Shown here one piece after another: positions 1 through 14,003 of a stretch of 64,000 bases of DNA. Each line of letters begins with the position of its first letter. The first letter of the stretch is position 1. Made by a program: the position numbers and the translations under genes. This stretch comes from Trichoplax adhaerens (taxonomy: Eukaryota; Animalia; Placozoa): NCBI RefSeq assembly GCF_000150275.1, contig NW_002060962.1:861205-925204 (forward strand), written 5' to 3'. The notes under the pieces were generated by a model. It made no database searches. It was not told the origin of the DNA and saw nothing but the letters and a program-made list of their open reading frames with translations.

Positions 1-335
1 TACAGGTGGATTTATACCTTTCTGATAGGCGCTAATCTCTCATCCATTCGGCGCAACTTATAGACTTAGATTAATTTTATATATATGTTACGGTTAAAAC
101 CCGATATTAACCTATATATAAATGATAATACTTTCATTTAGCAAATTAGTCGTAAAGATATACTGTAGATGAGTGGATGTATACCTTATCTGGTAGGTTA
201 TAATCTCTCATACATTCGATATAACTCATCAATGCGAATCGATGTAACTGTCGACTCAGAAAAGAAGATAATTTTGCATGAGTATATGCCTATAACTGTG
301 TCTAACGGTAAGTTATCTGGATATAATACTCATAA
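1..335. repeat. Diverged ~168-bp tandem repeat (two recognisable copies plus a fragment), truncated at the window start
   Basis: ggtggatttatacctttctgataggcgctaatctctcatccattcg (~5) recurs as gagtggatgtataccttatctggtaggttataatctctcatacattcg (~171); a weak third trace lies near 310. Confidence 0.55.
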
Positions 336-1135
336 AATATAGGAATCTGACTAAAGTTTGAGAGTGTCTTTCATTCAGTGCTATTTTCATGTAGACATTA
401 CTCCAACTTATCTAATCAGGAGCTAGTGTGATAGAGTGGAGAGTTTTTGTGAATGAGAAGGTAGTTTGGCTATGTAAATACGTGCTGTTTCGCTTTTGTG
501 GAGCAGGTGCAATATGATTTTATATGATATCTAGGAAATATCCTGATAATGGGTTTATCTGTAATGCATATATATTTTTATAGATAAGTGAGTACTTTAA
601 AAATTATACAAATATTGATAGCGGATGTTTAGGAAGCAATACTACGTCAATTGGTAGACTTTTATTGAAGTTTAAACTTAGCTTATCTGTAGATACTTAT
701 AGCTTATCGTAATTTCCTGACGATAAAGAGATTGCAAGTATTTAGAGTCGTACTATACATGGATACTGAGAGGTTAAAACTTACACAAGATAGTCTTTAA
801 TTTAGTGATTATAGTTAATTTTCTAGCTACAAATTTCGATTTGTACTCATATATCATTCTCAAGCCTATCAACCTTACTATGCTAATAATGGAATAGAGT
901 AAAGGATAGCACAATATAATTGCTGCTTGTAGTTACTACTCTAGATAAGCTTTTCTAAAACTATGCTTCGAGATTGCGCATCCCTCAAAGTCATTCTTTC
1001 AACTATTAAAAATTAAATGTTGGTACTATGAAAAAAAAGCTAACCCATCATGAGTTTACTTTCAGGTTTATCCTCTTTAATAATTGCATACATTACGATT
1101 CCATACTGATTTTTATCAGCTAGAGACCATAGTAA

Positions 1136-1655
1136 TGTTACAGAACTACGTTTCCGATATTAAGGTTGTGTTATGTCCGTAATTTATGATACGTAAGACG
1201 ATTGAGTCATTACGTAGGTGTAATAGAAATTCTAATGTCCGTAATTTTAAATGACAGTAGATAAGATACATTTTAGGCAGGAATTCTTGCCTAGCTCATA
1301 CTATGAGCTATATTTTTGAGTTAACATGTAATAATTCTTATAGTACTTAAGTTAATAATACGGTTCGACTAAGTTACAATCTATCATGTTTGTAAGGCTT
1401 TAATTGCGTTGACCTCCTTTAATTGGATATCTGTTGTTCACTTGCTTTATACAATCTTATTTTAAGTCTAGGTATAAAAGCAAGTTCTTGTAAATTGTTA
1501 CTGCTCTTTCTTTTTTCTTTTTATTATAGATTGCTAGTGAGAACTACTAAAATAAAGTCGTAACCTAACGTAAGTTGCACTTTTTACGACTATTCTTTTG
1601 AGTATATCTAGGAGGGCAATTCTAGATAGTTTATGCTACTTAGACAGTTGTGACA
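1136..1655 (+). mobile_element. Solo LTR (520 bp)
   Basis: Termini TGTTACAG...GTTGTGACA. Perfect 5-bp TSD AGTAA (1131-1135, 1656-1660). TATAAAA at 1473 and AATAAA at 1551 in U3-R-U5 order. Confidence 0.8.
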
Positions 1656-4600
1656 AGTAACTACAAGTTTCTCTTGAAGTAAATCATGAACCCAATTTTA
1701 TTAAAAAATCAACCCATTCATGCGTCTCGCTAAGTAAAATTAACCGTCGTTACTGGTATTATGTAAACAGGCAGTTATTTATACAAATAATTAAAATATC
1801 ATAGATAAAATGGTTATCTGTAAATTTCTAGATCAGTTATCTAATGGTAACTACTACCTGTTCCGGGTAATTAAATAAAAAAAATTGCTTTGAGGTAATA
1901 ACTAGTACAAATTTAATTTCATTCCTTTGAAAATTTAGACAATTATTCAACTATTGCATGATGGATAATCATAGCAAAGGCAACCTGTAGGCATATTAAT
2001 AGTCAATAAAGCTGATTATAATTATTAAGCATGACGTTAGTTTACTATTGACACGCTTAGTATTATAATAATGTAGTAGTTTAAGCTAATTACAGTATTA
2101 ATTGCAGTACAGTAGCATTAAAAAGTAGGATTGTCTACTATACTTATAAGGTAATTTCATAGTTGCTGATGATGAAATGATGTACTTATACTAATCGTAC
2201 TATGTGTGTGTGTGAGACCGCAGTAATCGGCTATATTAGGCAAAATTTTTGTGTAATGTCTTAATATAACTGTTCGATAATATGAAATTACCATCGTGGA
2301 GACGAAGTCGATTATTCGGTTTACCTTAACCACTTTAGACTATTATTATAAGGGAAGAAAAGTGGATTCTTCTCTAGTCAAGCGTTTTATTAATAAATGG
2401 ATACATTTTAAGATTAAACACGGTATTTGCCTGATCTTGTGTCAAGTCATGTTAGAGGTTTGCTCAAATTTAATAACTCAGATTTTGAATTAGACGATTG
2501 CGAAACTAAGGGGTTGTAAAACTTAATTACTACAAATAAAATTTAAACTTCATAGTTCAGTATGACTGTGGTTATCTTATGATAAGAAATCATTCGAATC
2601 CAAGTGACATATCGAATTAAGTGATTGAAAGAAAGTATCAGGCTTTAACTACCTTATTCACCATAATTACAAAGCTACATTCGTTAACAGAGAGATAATG
2701 TCTGAACTCAACTGTCAGTAGCATTTCTGGGCCTATTTGATACCTTAGAAATAACACGATGTAATATTAAATATTTATTGCGATAATGGAATGGTATAGA
2801 TTAAAATGATAATGAATGATGTTATTTACATTGATCTGGTATTTTCAGGATGAAATTGGAATTAATGGTAGCTAGGTAAACAACATTTATTTCTTTTATA
2901 TAAGGAATAGGTCTAGAATAACTTCTAATTGTTAGCCATAAGTTGTTTAATTTATTTAAAGGTGTGTGACAGCTAAAAATTCTCATAGATTGTACTTAAA
3001 GGGATAAAAATCGTCTTTTATGGATAGTCAGTCCAAATTATTGTTACTGTTACAGAAATTTCGATATTTTGATAGAAGAACGGGAAAATTAAAATAAGCT
3101 AGAATTAAATAAACCGAAAAGCGATCTAATTGTAATATAGAATATTAAGAATTATGACCATAGTCTTTGATATTTTTTTTGTGTTTCAATGCTGAATAAA
3201 TCGTGATGACTAAAGTGCCGTAACTATGTGAAGGGAGTTGTACTACAATTTCCTTTAGGATATAATGGTTATAATAACATCAGAGCTGTTAAAGTTGAAC
3301 CTAAAATCTAAAATAACCATTATTCTTAATTACGGTACAGTATGGATTACGCTTACGGTAATATGCTGATGTAGCTGGACATTCTATTCGAGTTACGGTA
3401 TTACTTTAGATCATTACCTTTTATTTTATGCAGAATTGAGTACATTAAAAAATCAATAATCATATCACGGGCAATTTTTAATTTTTAAAGGGATACTATA
3501 GCAATTTATTGTTTTATGATAAAAGAAAAAATGACTAATTATTATTTACAATTTACAGATTCTGATAAAGATCAAAAACACACAATTAATTCTTGTCTGT
3601 AAGTATTAGACTAAGTAGTAAGTAAAGTATGACTTTTACTCCATGAAATTATCAGATAATCAAGAGGCTAAGTAACATGAAAACGTTGATGGTTGACGAA
3701 GTTCAGTTTCTGAATTGCTATGCCATACAGTTATGTGTTTACATCTTCTGCGTATCTAATTAGCTCAAGATATGTGCGAGAAATAATCATATCTGGCTAT
3801 CCTTATATGATTCATAATAAAACCAGACAATGTTTATGAAATGATACGATGACCTTTTTAAGAAAGGCTGTGTTATTAGGATTACATAATATTTATATTA
3901 CGTTGCATTACCTCAATTTGATCGAGGACGGAATTAACAAATAATTTATTTTCACCAATAAATTGATTTCATTGCATAGTTTTCGTGTAAGGAATTTTTT
4001 AATTGTTTAGCGATTAAAATTAGATATCGCATGATCTCACTGTAGTAGATGACTAATATCCTTTAATATCCTTAATCAGTTATATCATTTTCATCTGGAG
4101 CCTAATCATTTCATCTTATTATAGCAACACGTGCACGTATTTTGTTTTGTCTTTACAATTATTACAATATTACAATACGGGTTTTATGATGTTAAACTTC
4201 GACAGTTTATAATTATTAGCAGTTCTTTCTTTCTTTCTAAGTATTAAAATCATAGTCTAGAGATCATAGGTCATTTTAACTATAGACGATTAACGTTTAG
4301 TATGATAACAGAGCAACAATAATTATTTCTTAGCAATTAACAAGGGCAATGAAACGAAGAAATTTGTTTCTTACTATAAGAGCTAATGGATTACTTTTTA
4401 AATTTTATATGTTAATAATAGTCAGCGCTATAGTGAAAAAAGAATAGGGTGAAATCGAAGCTCGTGTAAATACAGTTTTTGAATTTATTGATAAAATGTT
4501 TACTAATCCCTCCTCTCCAATATTGTAGATTAAATTTTCGAAAATAAAAGAAGCAAGATGGGAGTTATAACCGATTTCTTACTTTTGACATGCGAGATTC

Positions 4601-6199
4601 TATACTATAGATTTAATCCGGGCCTTTTGATAATCTTGGATTGAGCAATAAATTAAGTCTATATTAACGATAAAGAGCGACAAGGATGAAATTGGAATGC
4701 TTACAAATTAAAAAAAAAAAAAAACTGTTCTTACGTGACTTGAAGGAACCTATAGTAAAATCATGATCATATTTCAGTTATTAATGATGAAAAATATTTT
4801 CTAACTAGTTTTTAATTTGATAACGTATCGTAACGTATCATCTGCGGTGCATATGTAGAAAATATTATAATCACATTGATTTTTTTAATTGTAATTGATT
4901 TTTACGATCTTCAATAGATTTACTTTTATAAGATTATTAAAATTGTAGCAGGATAGTTGCTTTATTGTTATTGCAGGTAGTAAATACCATCAGACACTGA
5001 TAATATAATCAAATTCATACTTGCTGATTAAGTGTCTCATTAGTACTGGCAAATGCTTCATTCAATTTAGACAAAGAATATTCAAAGTTATTTATTTATG
5101 CAGGATTGATTAATGGAAATCAAAATCAGTTTTCATCACGATCAAATATGATTCACATATGTGCTTAAACGATAAAAATGGGCATATTCTAAATAGTTAT
5201 AACAATTAATACAGTATTGTAAAATGAGTCTCACGAAAGATCATTTATCCAATATAGAAACTAAATGTTGCAGGCTGATAAGTTTTATTAATTATATCAC
5301 CGCAACTATATATATACAATCTAGAGGTTGTAGAAAAATACGGAAAAAATTATTATTATTTATTATAGAGCTATGCATAGCTACCGCAATTGTGCTGATT
5401 ATTTTATCCCAACTATTAAATCAGTTTAGGATTTTAGACTTAATAACTTCAGGTAATCATCTACTGGTCTATACTCTTAAAGAAAATCGACAGGAAAATG
5501 TCTTATTACTAGGTTTTGCCAATGTATGCACATTTAAATGGCCAGATCACTGTTGAAAACTGTCTGACATAGATTAGTCATTATGTTATTGCTTGAATGT
5601 AAAATCTAAAAATACTGATGTTGTTTTTGTGTATCATATTTTCATATCTACCTAATAATGCTTTATCATGAACAACGATTAATTGCAAATTTCAAGTTTT
5701 CTGTAGGGAGATGAAATGCTTATTAGATATAAAGTGAAATATGTTTTCAATTATCGGCATCGGTAATAATTGGATTTCTGTATTAAAATAGAAATTCTAT
5801 TGAATGAATAGCGAATATTTTATGTTTTATAATATAGAATCACGATAATTGATAAAGGATTTGACCTTTGCTGTACACCATAATTGATGAATAGATTTTT
5901 AAAATAACCGAAACGACATTTATATCTTTACTTATTAATAGCACTCAGTGTTTTTTCAGAATTACCGCCGTGTTAAAAATATAGTAATTCTGGACTTCTC
6001 AAAATTTGTTAATGTTAACCAAGTAAATCTACTGTAATGCCGGTATAAAATTAGAATGGTAGAGCTTAACTGCTATTTCATAGACAGTTGTAGGGTTGCA
6101 TGATTTACGGTATCTGCGATGTGATGCTAATAAAAGTCGAAGCCATATTAGCAAAAATTTTTTTTCAGAATTATTTTTTAAAGATTTTATATTTATAGC

Positions 6200-6610
6200 A
6201 CCGAGATTAATATTTTATGCTTTAAAATGATTAAAAATTAAGGAGGAAATAAAAGTAGCAAGATCTATACGGATCAGATATTTTAATGTACATCATGCAT
6301 CTGTTACTGAAAATCCTTGTCTCAAATAATCAAATAATCAATTTGAAACTATTTCGCAATTGCACACATAAAGATACATAAATATAAGCGAATTGAGATA
6401 CCAGCAGTATTGCTTAAATTATTTGAATACATTGTTAGCTTAAAATTTCATATCGATTGTTTACATAGAATCAGTAAATGCCATAGAATTGGTAGATTTT
6501 TAATGATTTGAGGGACTGGATTGCTAAAGCCCCAAAGCTGCGATTTTTTGCCTAGTTTTGCAAGGAGTTTATTTTTGTTCGGAAACAAGAATTTACTATT
6601 GCAGATAATG
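6200..6610 (+). pseudogene. Orphan duplicate of the promoter/5' non-coding exon of the 13.3-kb peptide gene
   Basis: Colinear similarity to 12615-13000 (aattaaggaggaaat; atgca-ctgttact; ttgaaactatt; TTGTTTACATAG; aagaatt-actA-tgcag). The putative GT donor is GT at 12994 but AT here. No coding exon is found downstream. Confidence 0.55.
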
Positions 6611-6807
6611 CTAAGGAATTCACAGCTTAATTTATTAACGGTAATTCCCAGCTAAGCGTACGAAATTGGTAGAGATAAATCGATTAGGAAATAATCGGTA
6701 AAAAGAAGTCAATATGATTTTAATCGATATTTAAAGATCGATAATATTTTGCCTAGATTATGAATATCGCTGAGATTATCATTATTTGTACGTATAGAAA
6801 TGTTTGT

Positions 6808-7275
6808 AAATATAAATTGATATTGGTAAATTACTTATAGAAATAGTAGATGGTAATAATCAGTGTTAATTTCCTCAACGATTTACTTGAAGCAAGCTGA
6901 TGTAATTACTGTACGCGCATAAAATTCGAAAATGATAGGATAGTGTTGCGATCATAAGCCGTTATCAAATATAAATTGATATTGGTAGCTAAATTGTGGA
7001 AATGGTAGACACTTATAAGCAGTGTTTCTTTCTAAAGGATTTATATCAAGCTAGTTTCTATGCTTACTGTATGCGCATCGAATTTGAAAATGATACGATA
7101 TAGTTACGATCAAAATAGTTATTGCATATGAATTGATATTGTTAGATACCTTGTGGACATATTAGACAAATAAGCAGTGTTACTTTCTGCAAAGATTTAG
7201 TTAAAGATAGCTGCAATAATAACTGTATGTATACCAACTTTGAAAATGATAGGATGGTGCAAAAATCAAAAACAG
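6808..7275. repeat. Three diverged ~157-bp tandem repeats
   Basis: tat(a/g)aattgatattg at 6811, 6970, 7127; gaaaatgata at 6928, 7086, 7242. Period 156-159 bp with indels; no ORF in the track. Confidence 0.8.
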
Positions 7276-10200
7276 CTGGGTATTCTCGACCCCGTATCAA
7301 CATGTTAGCGAGTATCTAATTGTAATAATACGAATAATTATATTAATTCTGAGATCTTTTCACAATCCTCAAGTGCGATAAACTACTTAATACTACCATA
7401 ACTCAGAGTTATGCAGCTAAATGCAGCGAGTCTACTGCAGAATACGCTCATTTCAGCGTCTTGTCTGCCGTAATCAAGTATTCATTGAATTACGTAATTA
7501 GGCGATCTCAATCAAAATTTGATTCTTAATCTCCGTCATAACTCTAAAGCTACGAAAATATAACTAAAGTCACTATTTACAAAGTGCTGCTGAATTATAT
7601 GCAGCAATCTAGTTATGAATCATTTTTTAGGTAAAATTAGGTAAGAAAATTGAAATTTTTCATCCAAAGTGATATCTGATATCGTATCAGTACAAGAAAG
7701 CATGCAAGATGGTAATATGCCTCTATTGGGGTCAATCTATGAAGAATACTCTGTACTCAGTTAGCTAATAGTAAGTAGCATATTACCCTCCGATCAGTTT
7801 TGCTAAGATATTCCATGCAAATTGGTAAAGCCAAGGCTAAGGATCTATTTTATTTATGATCAGAATTGTTCCAATAAGTGGTCATAAGACATTTTACATA
7901 AACCCGCAAGTACAATTTTGATTTCATAAAATACTATGCTAATAGTGTAGGCTGTAGCATGTTTAACATCATATATTTAGCATTGTTCTATAAGCTAAAA
8001 GAAGACATATTTTTGTATAAGACCGATGAAGGCCACTGCATTTAATTTGAAATTTTGAATATTAATAGATTAGTTTACTAGATAAATCCGTTGGATGTAA
8101 AAATTTTAATTTATAGTCGGCTAATTGTACTCATGTATTTCCAGATACGGCGTTTGTAAATCACTAGGCTTTTTTTAGTCACAACGGCAATTATCCTATA
8201 AGCAAAATCTACATTAACAAGCTATGTTGACTGATATATTTAGAAGTGCATACTAGAATTAATAAATTATTGTTAAAAAAATTCAGTTGAGGAGACGTAC
8301 TCTATAACGAAAAATAAAATTTCTATGTAACTGTTGAGTATTTATTAAATTCAAGAAGCTTTTTATATATGAATCGGATGTAAAGATTATCGTTGATCGG
8401 ATGTGAAAATCGCTTTCTATCGATAGCGTTTTATAAATAAAGTAATATTATACAGATATGTAATTATCTATTAAAAATACGTAAAATGTCATAGATAAAT
8501 TAGTACCAGCACTTTCTTAGATAAGTTATATTATGTAAAATTTGTTACAACAGTTATACAAAAGTTTTTCTTCAACAGTTAATACAACATTAACTTGATA
8601 TACAAGACCTTTAATGATGGGCTTTGCCACCGTCATAAATAAATTTGAATTTATAAAAGCTATCAAACGCCCCTTCTCTAAGTAAAAGGAAAGGCAATTG
8701 GTAACTCGTGTTTTTAATGAAGTATTACAACTAAAATAAGTACAATATTTTTTTTAGTACTGACTTCATGCGTATCTAATACTTAATTATCCCTCAGAAA
8801 TTTGGTAAAAGTTAACCTGGCTATTTATATGTTATATTTCATAAATTTAGCTCTGAATGGTTATAAATTATTGTGACATGTATTCATGCACTACATTTAC
8901 TTGACTTTAACTTAGTTCTCGATACTGTTTAAGGTAAATTCTTTTTATGGAGGTTATGTCTATATTGTAGTCGAATCCATTAGCTATCGTTAAATCTACG
9001 CTTGCATTCTGCTTATGAATGCCAAGAACTATACAGTATACTTGAAACAGTCCTCTTATCACATATTATTAACGTAGTCGTTATCATTTCTTACTCTGAG
9101 AAGCATGTGTGGTCCCGATCTGATATCCCTTGACATTTGTAGATTAACCGAATTCATGATTGCGATAGTTGATTTATTACACTCGCAATGTGATAACGTG
9201 AGATCTAACAGATGTGACTATAATTTTAGTTATTTGCAAATTTTGCTTTACTAGACAAATTTTTCTTCCGTAGAATGGTTTGCTAAGGCTCAGAATATGC
9301 ATAATGTATAGCTACATAGAAATAGTGTTTATTTCAAAGATTAAATGAATCAGTTGGTTGCAATAATTATATAGAAAAGTCGTATCATTGATTATTCTTA
9401 TTGTTAAGACTCAGTTTTTTATTAGATAAATTTGCCACTAAATCAATACTCGTTATTAACTATCAATAAATGAAATCAATTTCACTTGTATCAAGTAGTA
9501 GTTCTTTATTACTATTTTTCTTTAACTACTTTTGCAGTATTTAAAGCCTATCAATAGATCAGTTTAAAACCTCTGCAATAACTTAATGTCTGCGCAAATA
9601 TACTGACATTTCTTGTATCTTGATCAGGTATCGCGTGTTTACAATTTTATGCCATTATTTTACTATTTCGTTATTAGAATGTATAGATAAGTTCATTCTA
9701 TTTATGCTATTATATAATTTCTAGGAAATATGCAACAGCTATCTGGTTGATAAAGGTAACATTGACTCATTGAGATCTCCTGCACTTGTATTATTCAACA
9801 ATACATCTTAAGTAATCTTAAAGCTATTATTGGAATTCAAGGTGATAGAACTAATCTCAGAGGAAGTTTCTTGATTATAATACTAAAAATAGATAGATAT
9901 ATCCATATTATAATCAGTAAACTTAATCTCCCTATTGATTATCATTTTGAAAATTTTAATAAATATTGATACATATTTATTATACCAGTCCGTAGGCCGG
10001 CTTTCCTTAAATGAAAGTATACTAATACAAACGTATTGCTTACCAGTACCAGTTCTTGAAAACAGTCTATTATGGCTCTATCAGATATTTAGTATTTTGT
10101 AATTCTATGATCAAATATCAATGAACTCTTTCTGTCAGGAGCTATAGATTTTATTACTGGCTAATCTTGGAATACCATGGTACAATCTTGATAAAAGCTT

Positions 10201-12842
10201 TAATTATATTTGATCCCTTGTCTATTCTTTAATTTGAATTTACTGCCAGATGATATACTTGACTTATTGCTTAAAAATCATCAAATATCAATTGATTAAT
10301 CTGCTTTAAGCCCAAGACCATACTTAGCCATGTAATTAGTCAAATACAACAGTTTATAACTTAGCGAAGATAATAAATTATCTATTTATTTAACTAAAAT
10401 TGACTTTCGACCTTTTATGAGTATGTTTAGTGTAGGATTGAAGGGGTTGCGCATTTATGATGAGATAGTAATTAATGTCTTGGAATCTATGAATTGATTC
10501 TATACTTCAATGACTGAGAAACATTCGTAAATGAATTGTTAAGATTTTTTAATTTTTTCTACTAATAAATGAACTGACTCTTGACCTCTTTATTTACTCT
10601 GACTAGATTAAATAGACTATCCTTATCCTAATCATGCTGTTAGCTCCTTTTGATAAACATTACTGGACCAATATTATGCTAAATCAATAGCCATATTTAT
10701 TGGATAATGGAATACTTATTTACAGGTTTTGTATTTTGGACTATTCTTAGTGCTAGCGTCACGATATTTAAATATCCAGTTAATTTGTACCAAAAATAAA
10801 GATATGTTCGTTTTATGATTGGGAAAGAAAGTTATTTTTCTGTAAAGGCCACGTATTCTGTTTAAATTTTAAAAGGAAAAAGTCGTCGAATTTATTTTCT
10901 TGATATTGATTCTGATCAATGAACTTGTTGCTATGAGGTTAAATTGTTTATTTACATCAGTCCAAGATCTTACTAGTATAAATCAGATATCGTAATTTAT
11001 CATTAACATTTTAATGAGGAATTATTCTGTTCTAGTTAACTCAACACGTAAATGCACTAAATTATTCAACTTACAAGTAACAGACACGAAAATTACAGTT
11101 GAATAGATGTATAATTATTAATAATATACCATTAAAATACAGAATCTTCAATAATCTGTATGCATTAAAAGAATCTATGACCTATAAGTATTAAACAAGA
11201 TAATGATTCCATATGACTTAATTAGCAATAGGTATTACGCCAGCTTTTAAAATCGAATTAATATGTATCTTACGAGTATAGTACTAAAATTGATATATGC
11301 CAACTGTAGACTTTATATTGATGTTGATCGAATGCTACTTACAGTTGTAAAGGTAATTTTCATGCAATTCATGATATGACACTTTGTTAACATCAGTAGC
11401 ATTAGATTTGCTATAGATTAATATCGAAAATTAACGCCAGCCTGTATATTTAGCTGATAAAATTCAGTAGCAGTACAGTGACTAAAGAGCACCTGTGTGG
11501 ATATAAAAAAATTGATAATTTAATATTTATCATGTACGAAATGGTCGTGATTAAATGAATGAATCTCAGCTTCGTAAAAGTATCTGTTGATGATTCTTTT
11601 AAAACTATTTAAAAACATTTCAATTATATTGCTACATCAATAGCAATCGAAGTGAATCATATTCATTAAATACCATGACAATTATGAGACCATTGAATGA
11701 ACATTTATAACATATTCATCGTTAGTATATTGCTTAGTAATTCAATTAAGTAGAAGGAAAGGGTTATACTACTAACTCCTGCATTAATAATAAATATATT
11801 TTAGTGGCCCATAAATTATATTTCCTTATGATAATTTCTTTAGGCAATATTATCCAACTCAAATTATTGCAATGTACAAAACTTAGCTTACTAAATTTTA
11901 CAATCAATTATTAAAGAAAGCCAGATACAAGAAGTATACTTGTTGTAAAAATAGAAATCAGTAGAAATAAGGTAAAGATAGGAAATATCGTTATAATGAT
12001 TACGTTAATCGTTATAAGTAGTAACACTGATTAACCATACTCTCTGTTAAGATGGTATTTTTTTCTATAACAATGCTGCTCTGTTCCTATCCGATAATAT
12101 TTAGTTGTGGTAAATGAGCGGCAAATTAATTAAAATTTATAGCCAAGATGAACAGCAATGTTTATGCTATGAAATACGGAAATTGTATGTAGTTAACCAC
12201 TTATAGATTATTATGTAGTACAAATCTCATTGAATCAAGCTTAATTGTGGCCTTCCTTTAGTTGCAATATCTGGAGAATGTTCACGTTGTCGATATTCTG
12301 CAGATGACAAAGCTAAAATTTAAAATAGAGGTAATAATACAGCGTAAATAGCTTTATTTAGAATACTGGTAATGCTCGGCACTTACAATATACAGCTTCT
12401 CTAAGATATTTTAAGCCTCATCAAATATGGATATTCTAAAATCGCTAACTTATTATGCAGATGTTATTATTAAGTATTGTCGTAAATTAAGGCTAAAAAT
12501 TTAAATAAACGATGCTACTATGTTATATGAGTTAATAATACTGAAATTAAAATAGGATAAAATATTAATAAACCCAAAATTTTCCAATTTTTTAAACCTG
12601 ACGACAACATGATTAATTTTTTATGCTTTAAACGATAACAAATTAAGGAGGAAATGAAAAGTATATCATTTCACAGATCAATTTTTTTACAAGCCTGATG
12701 CACCTGTTACTAAATCAATCAATTAATTAGGCTTGAAACTATTGTATTTATCTACTAAATACATCTATCTATAAATACTAAAATACAATAATTAACACCA
12801 AACGCATATCTTGATTAGTTAAAAGAGTATTTGCTTTTATGA

Positions 12843-12885
12843 CCACGTCATCTTGTTTACATAGTTTTACCAAATAGTATTTAAA
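12843..12885 (+). promoter_or_regulatory. Putative promoter of peptide gene 1: bZIP UPRE-type CCACGTCA, forkhead TTGTTTAC, TATA-like TATTTAAA
   Basis: CCACGTCA at 12843-12850, TTGTTTAC at 12853-12860, TATTTAAA at 12878-12885. These lie upstream of a candidate non-coding exon ending at 12993 (CAG|GTAAAT). Confidence 0.35.
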
Positions 12886-13275
12886 TGCGAGGTTGTTGGC
12901 GATTCGAAGGATAATAATACTTAAGCCAGGCTATAGTTTATTAACCAAGTTTGCAAGCTGATCATTTTTTGGCCTAAGAATTCACTACTGCAGGTAAATA
13001 ATTTATTGCCTTGTACTCTATAGTTTAATTTGTTGGTTATGAAGCAGACTAATGATAGACATATAATTTGGACGCATTACTTGATCTAATCAATGTATCT
13101 GTTTTAAATTACGATTGAGAATTGCTATTATTTTGATTTTTTTGGAGTAACAGTCTTAGCTATATGTGTATATTGATGTTGAGGAATAGTTTAAGAATGT
13201 TTGTACTGCGTAAATACCAATCACTAGTACTTCCATTAATTCAGTGTACACATTTTAATTATTTTAGATAGAGAA

Positions 13276-14003
13276 ATGGCTTTCCAATTCAAATTTATAA
13301 CCGTCATTGCGATCCTGTTGGGATTATCTGCTGTTATTGATGCTTCTGATTTCATCATCTTCAATGAAAATCCCATAAGTTTCTTGGATTGTTCCACGCA
13401 ACGAAATCAAGTTTTAACGTATTGGGATGAATGTAATTTGCAGGTTCCATTCGACGACTGTCCTCTTAAGAAACGACGTTCTATTAGTGATTTCGATCTG
13501 GACACCGAAAATAATCAAGCACGCTATACTAAATTTGGATCAGGTTAGCTAACTGCAGTAGCACCGGTTGATTTTAGTGCTACCTATTCTATTTCAATAT
13601 TTAGATCAGATTTTGCTTTAAAATATTAATCTGAAGATTAAATATTGATAAATGAGCGTTTACTTATAGCTCTTTTCATTTATAGTGCATACAAATATAT
13701 ACAGAACAGCTATCTTGTTTATTTGTTTCTTATTTCAATTTTCTTTTCTCGCACTGTGAAGAATTAACTGCAGGCCGTGGCTCAGCTGATTCGTTTTTGA
13801 AATTTGGTCATCCAATGTATGCTCGATTGGCCCCGTTAAATTTGGAAAGATTAGACGAAAAATGTTGTATGCCTGCTCCAAATCCTCCAGCTCAATGTTT
13901 GGCTTTACCCTCTCTCTGCCCAGCTGGCAGCAGTTATGATGAATCAACTTATGAACAAATGGTCATCGGTGGATGCGAAATTTTTATTGAAGAAAATCTT
14001 TGA
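13276..14003 (+). CDS. Secreted insulin-like (insulin/IGF/relaxin superfamily) prepropeptide 1, ~169 aa, 2 coding exons
   Basis: Exon 13276-13543 (donor G|GTTAGC, phase 1) and exon 13762 (or 13774/13786)-14003. Layout: signal peptide; B-like chain C-x13-C-x8-CP; KKRR; C-peptide; A-like chain CC-x9-C-x6-CP-x17-C-EIFIEE. Paralogous to the 22.5-kb gene. Confidence 0.75.

Noticed and set aside
427-940. Additional solo LTR starting TGTGATAGAG
   Set aside because: Only 10 bp of terminal similarity; the far end and TSD are ambiguous.
2296-5556. Short ORFs 2296-2493 and 5224-5556 (likewise 42044, 48482, 59527, 60544)
   Set aside because: AT-rich random-like composition with no motifs, paralogs or convincing splice structure.
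6808-7275. CRISPR-like array or repeat-protein exon
   Set aside because: Eukaryotic context, whole units are homologous (no unique spacers), the period is not a constant multiple of 3, and there is no ORF.
13520-13815. Amidated neuropeptides from the two KFG motifs in the C-peptide
   Set aside because: The Gly residues are not followed by basic cleavage residues, and the motif is absent in paralog 2.
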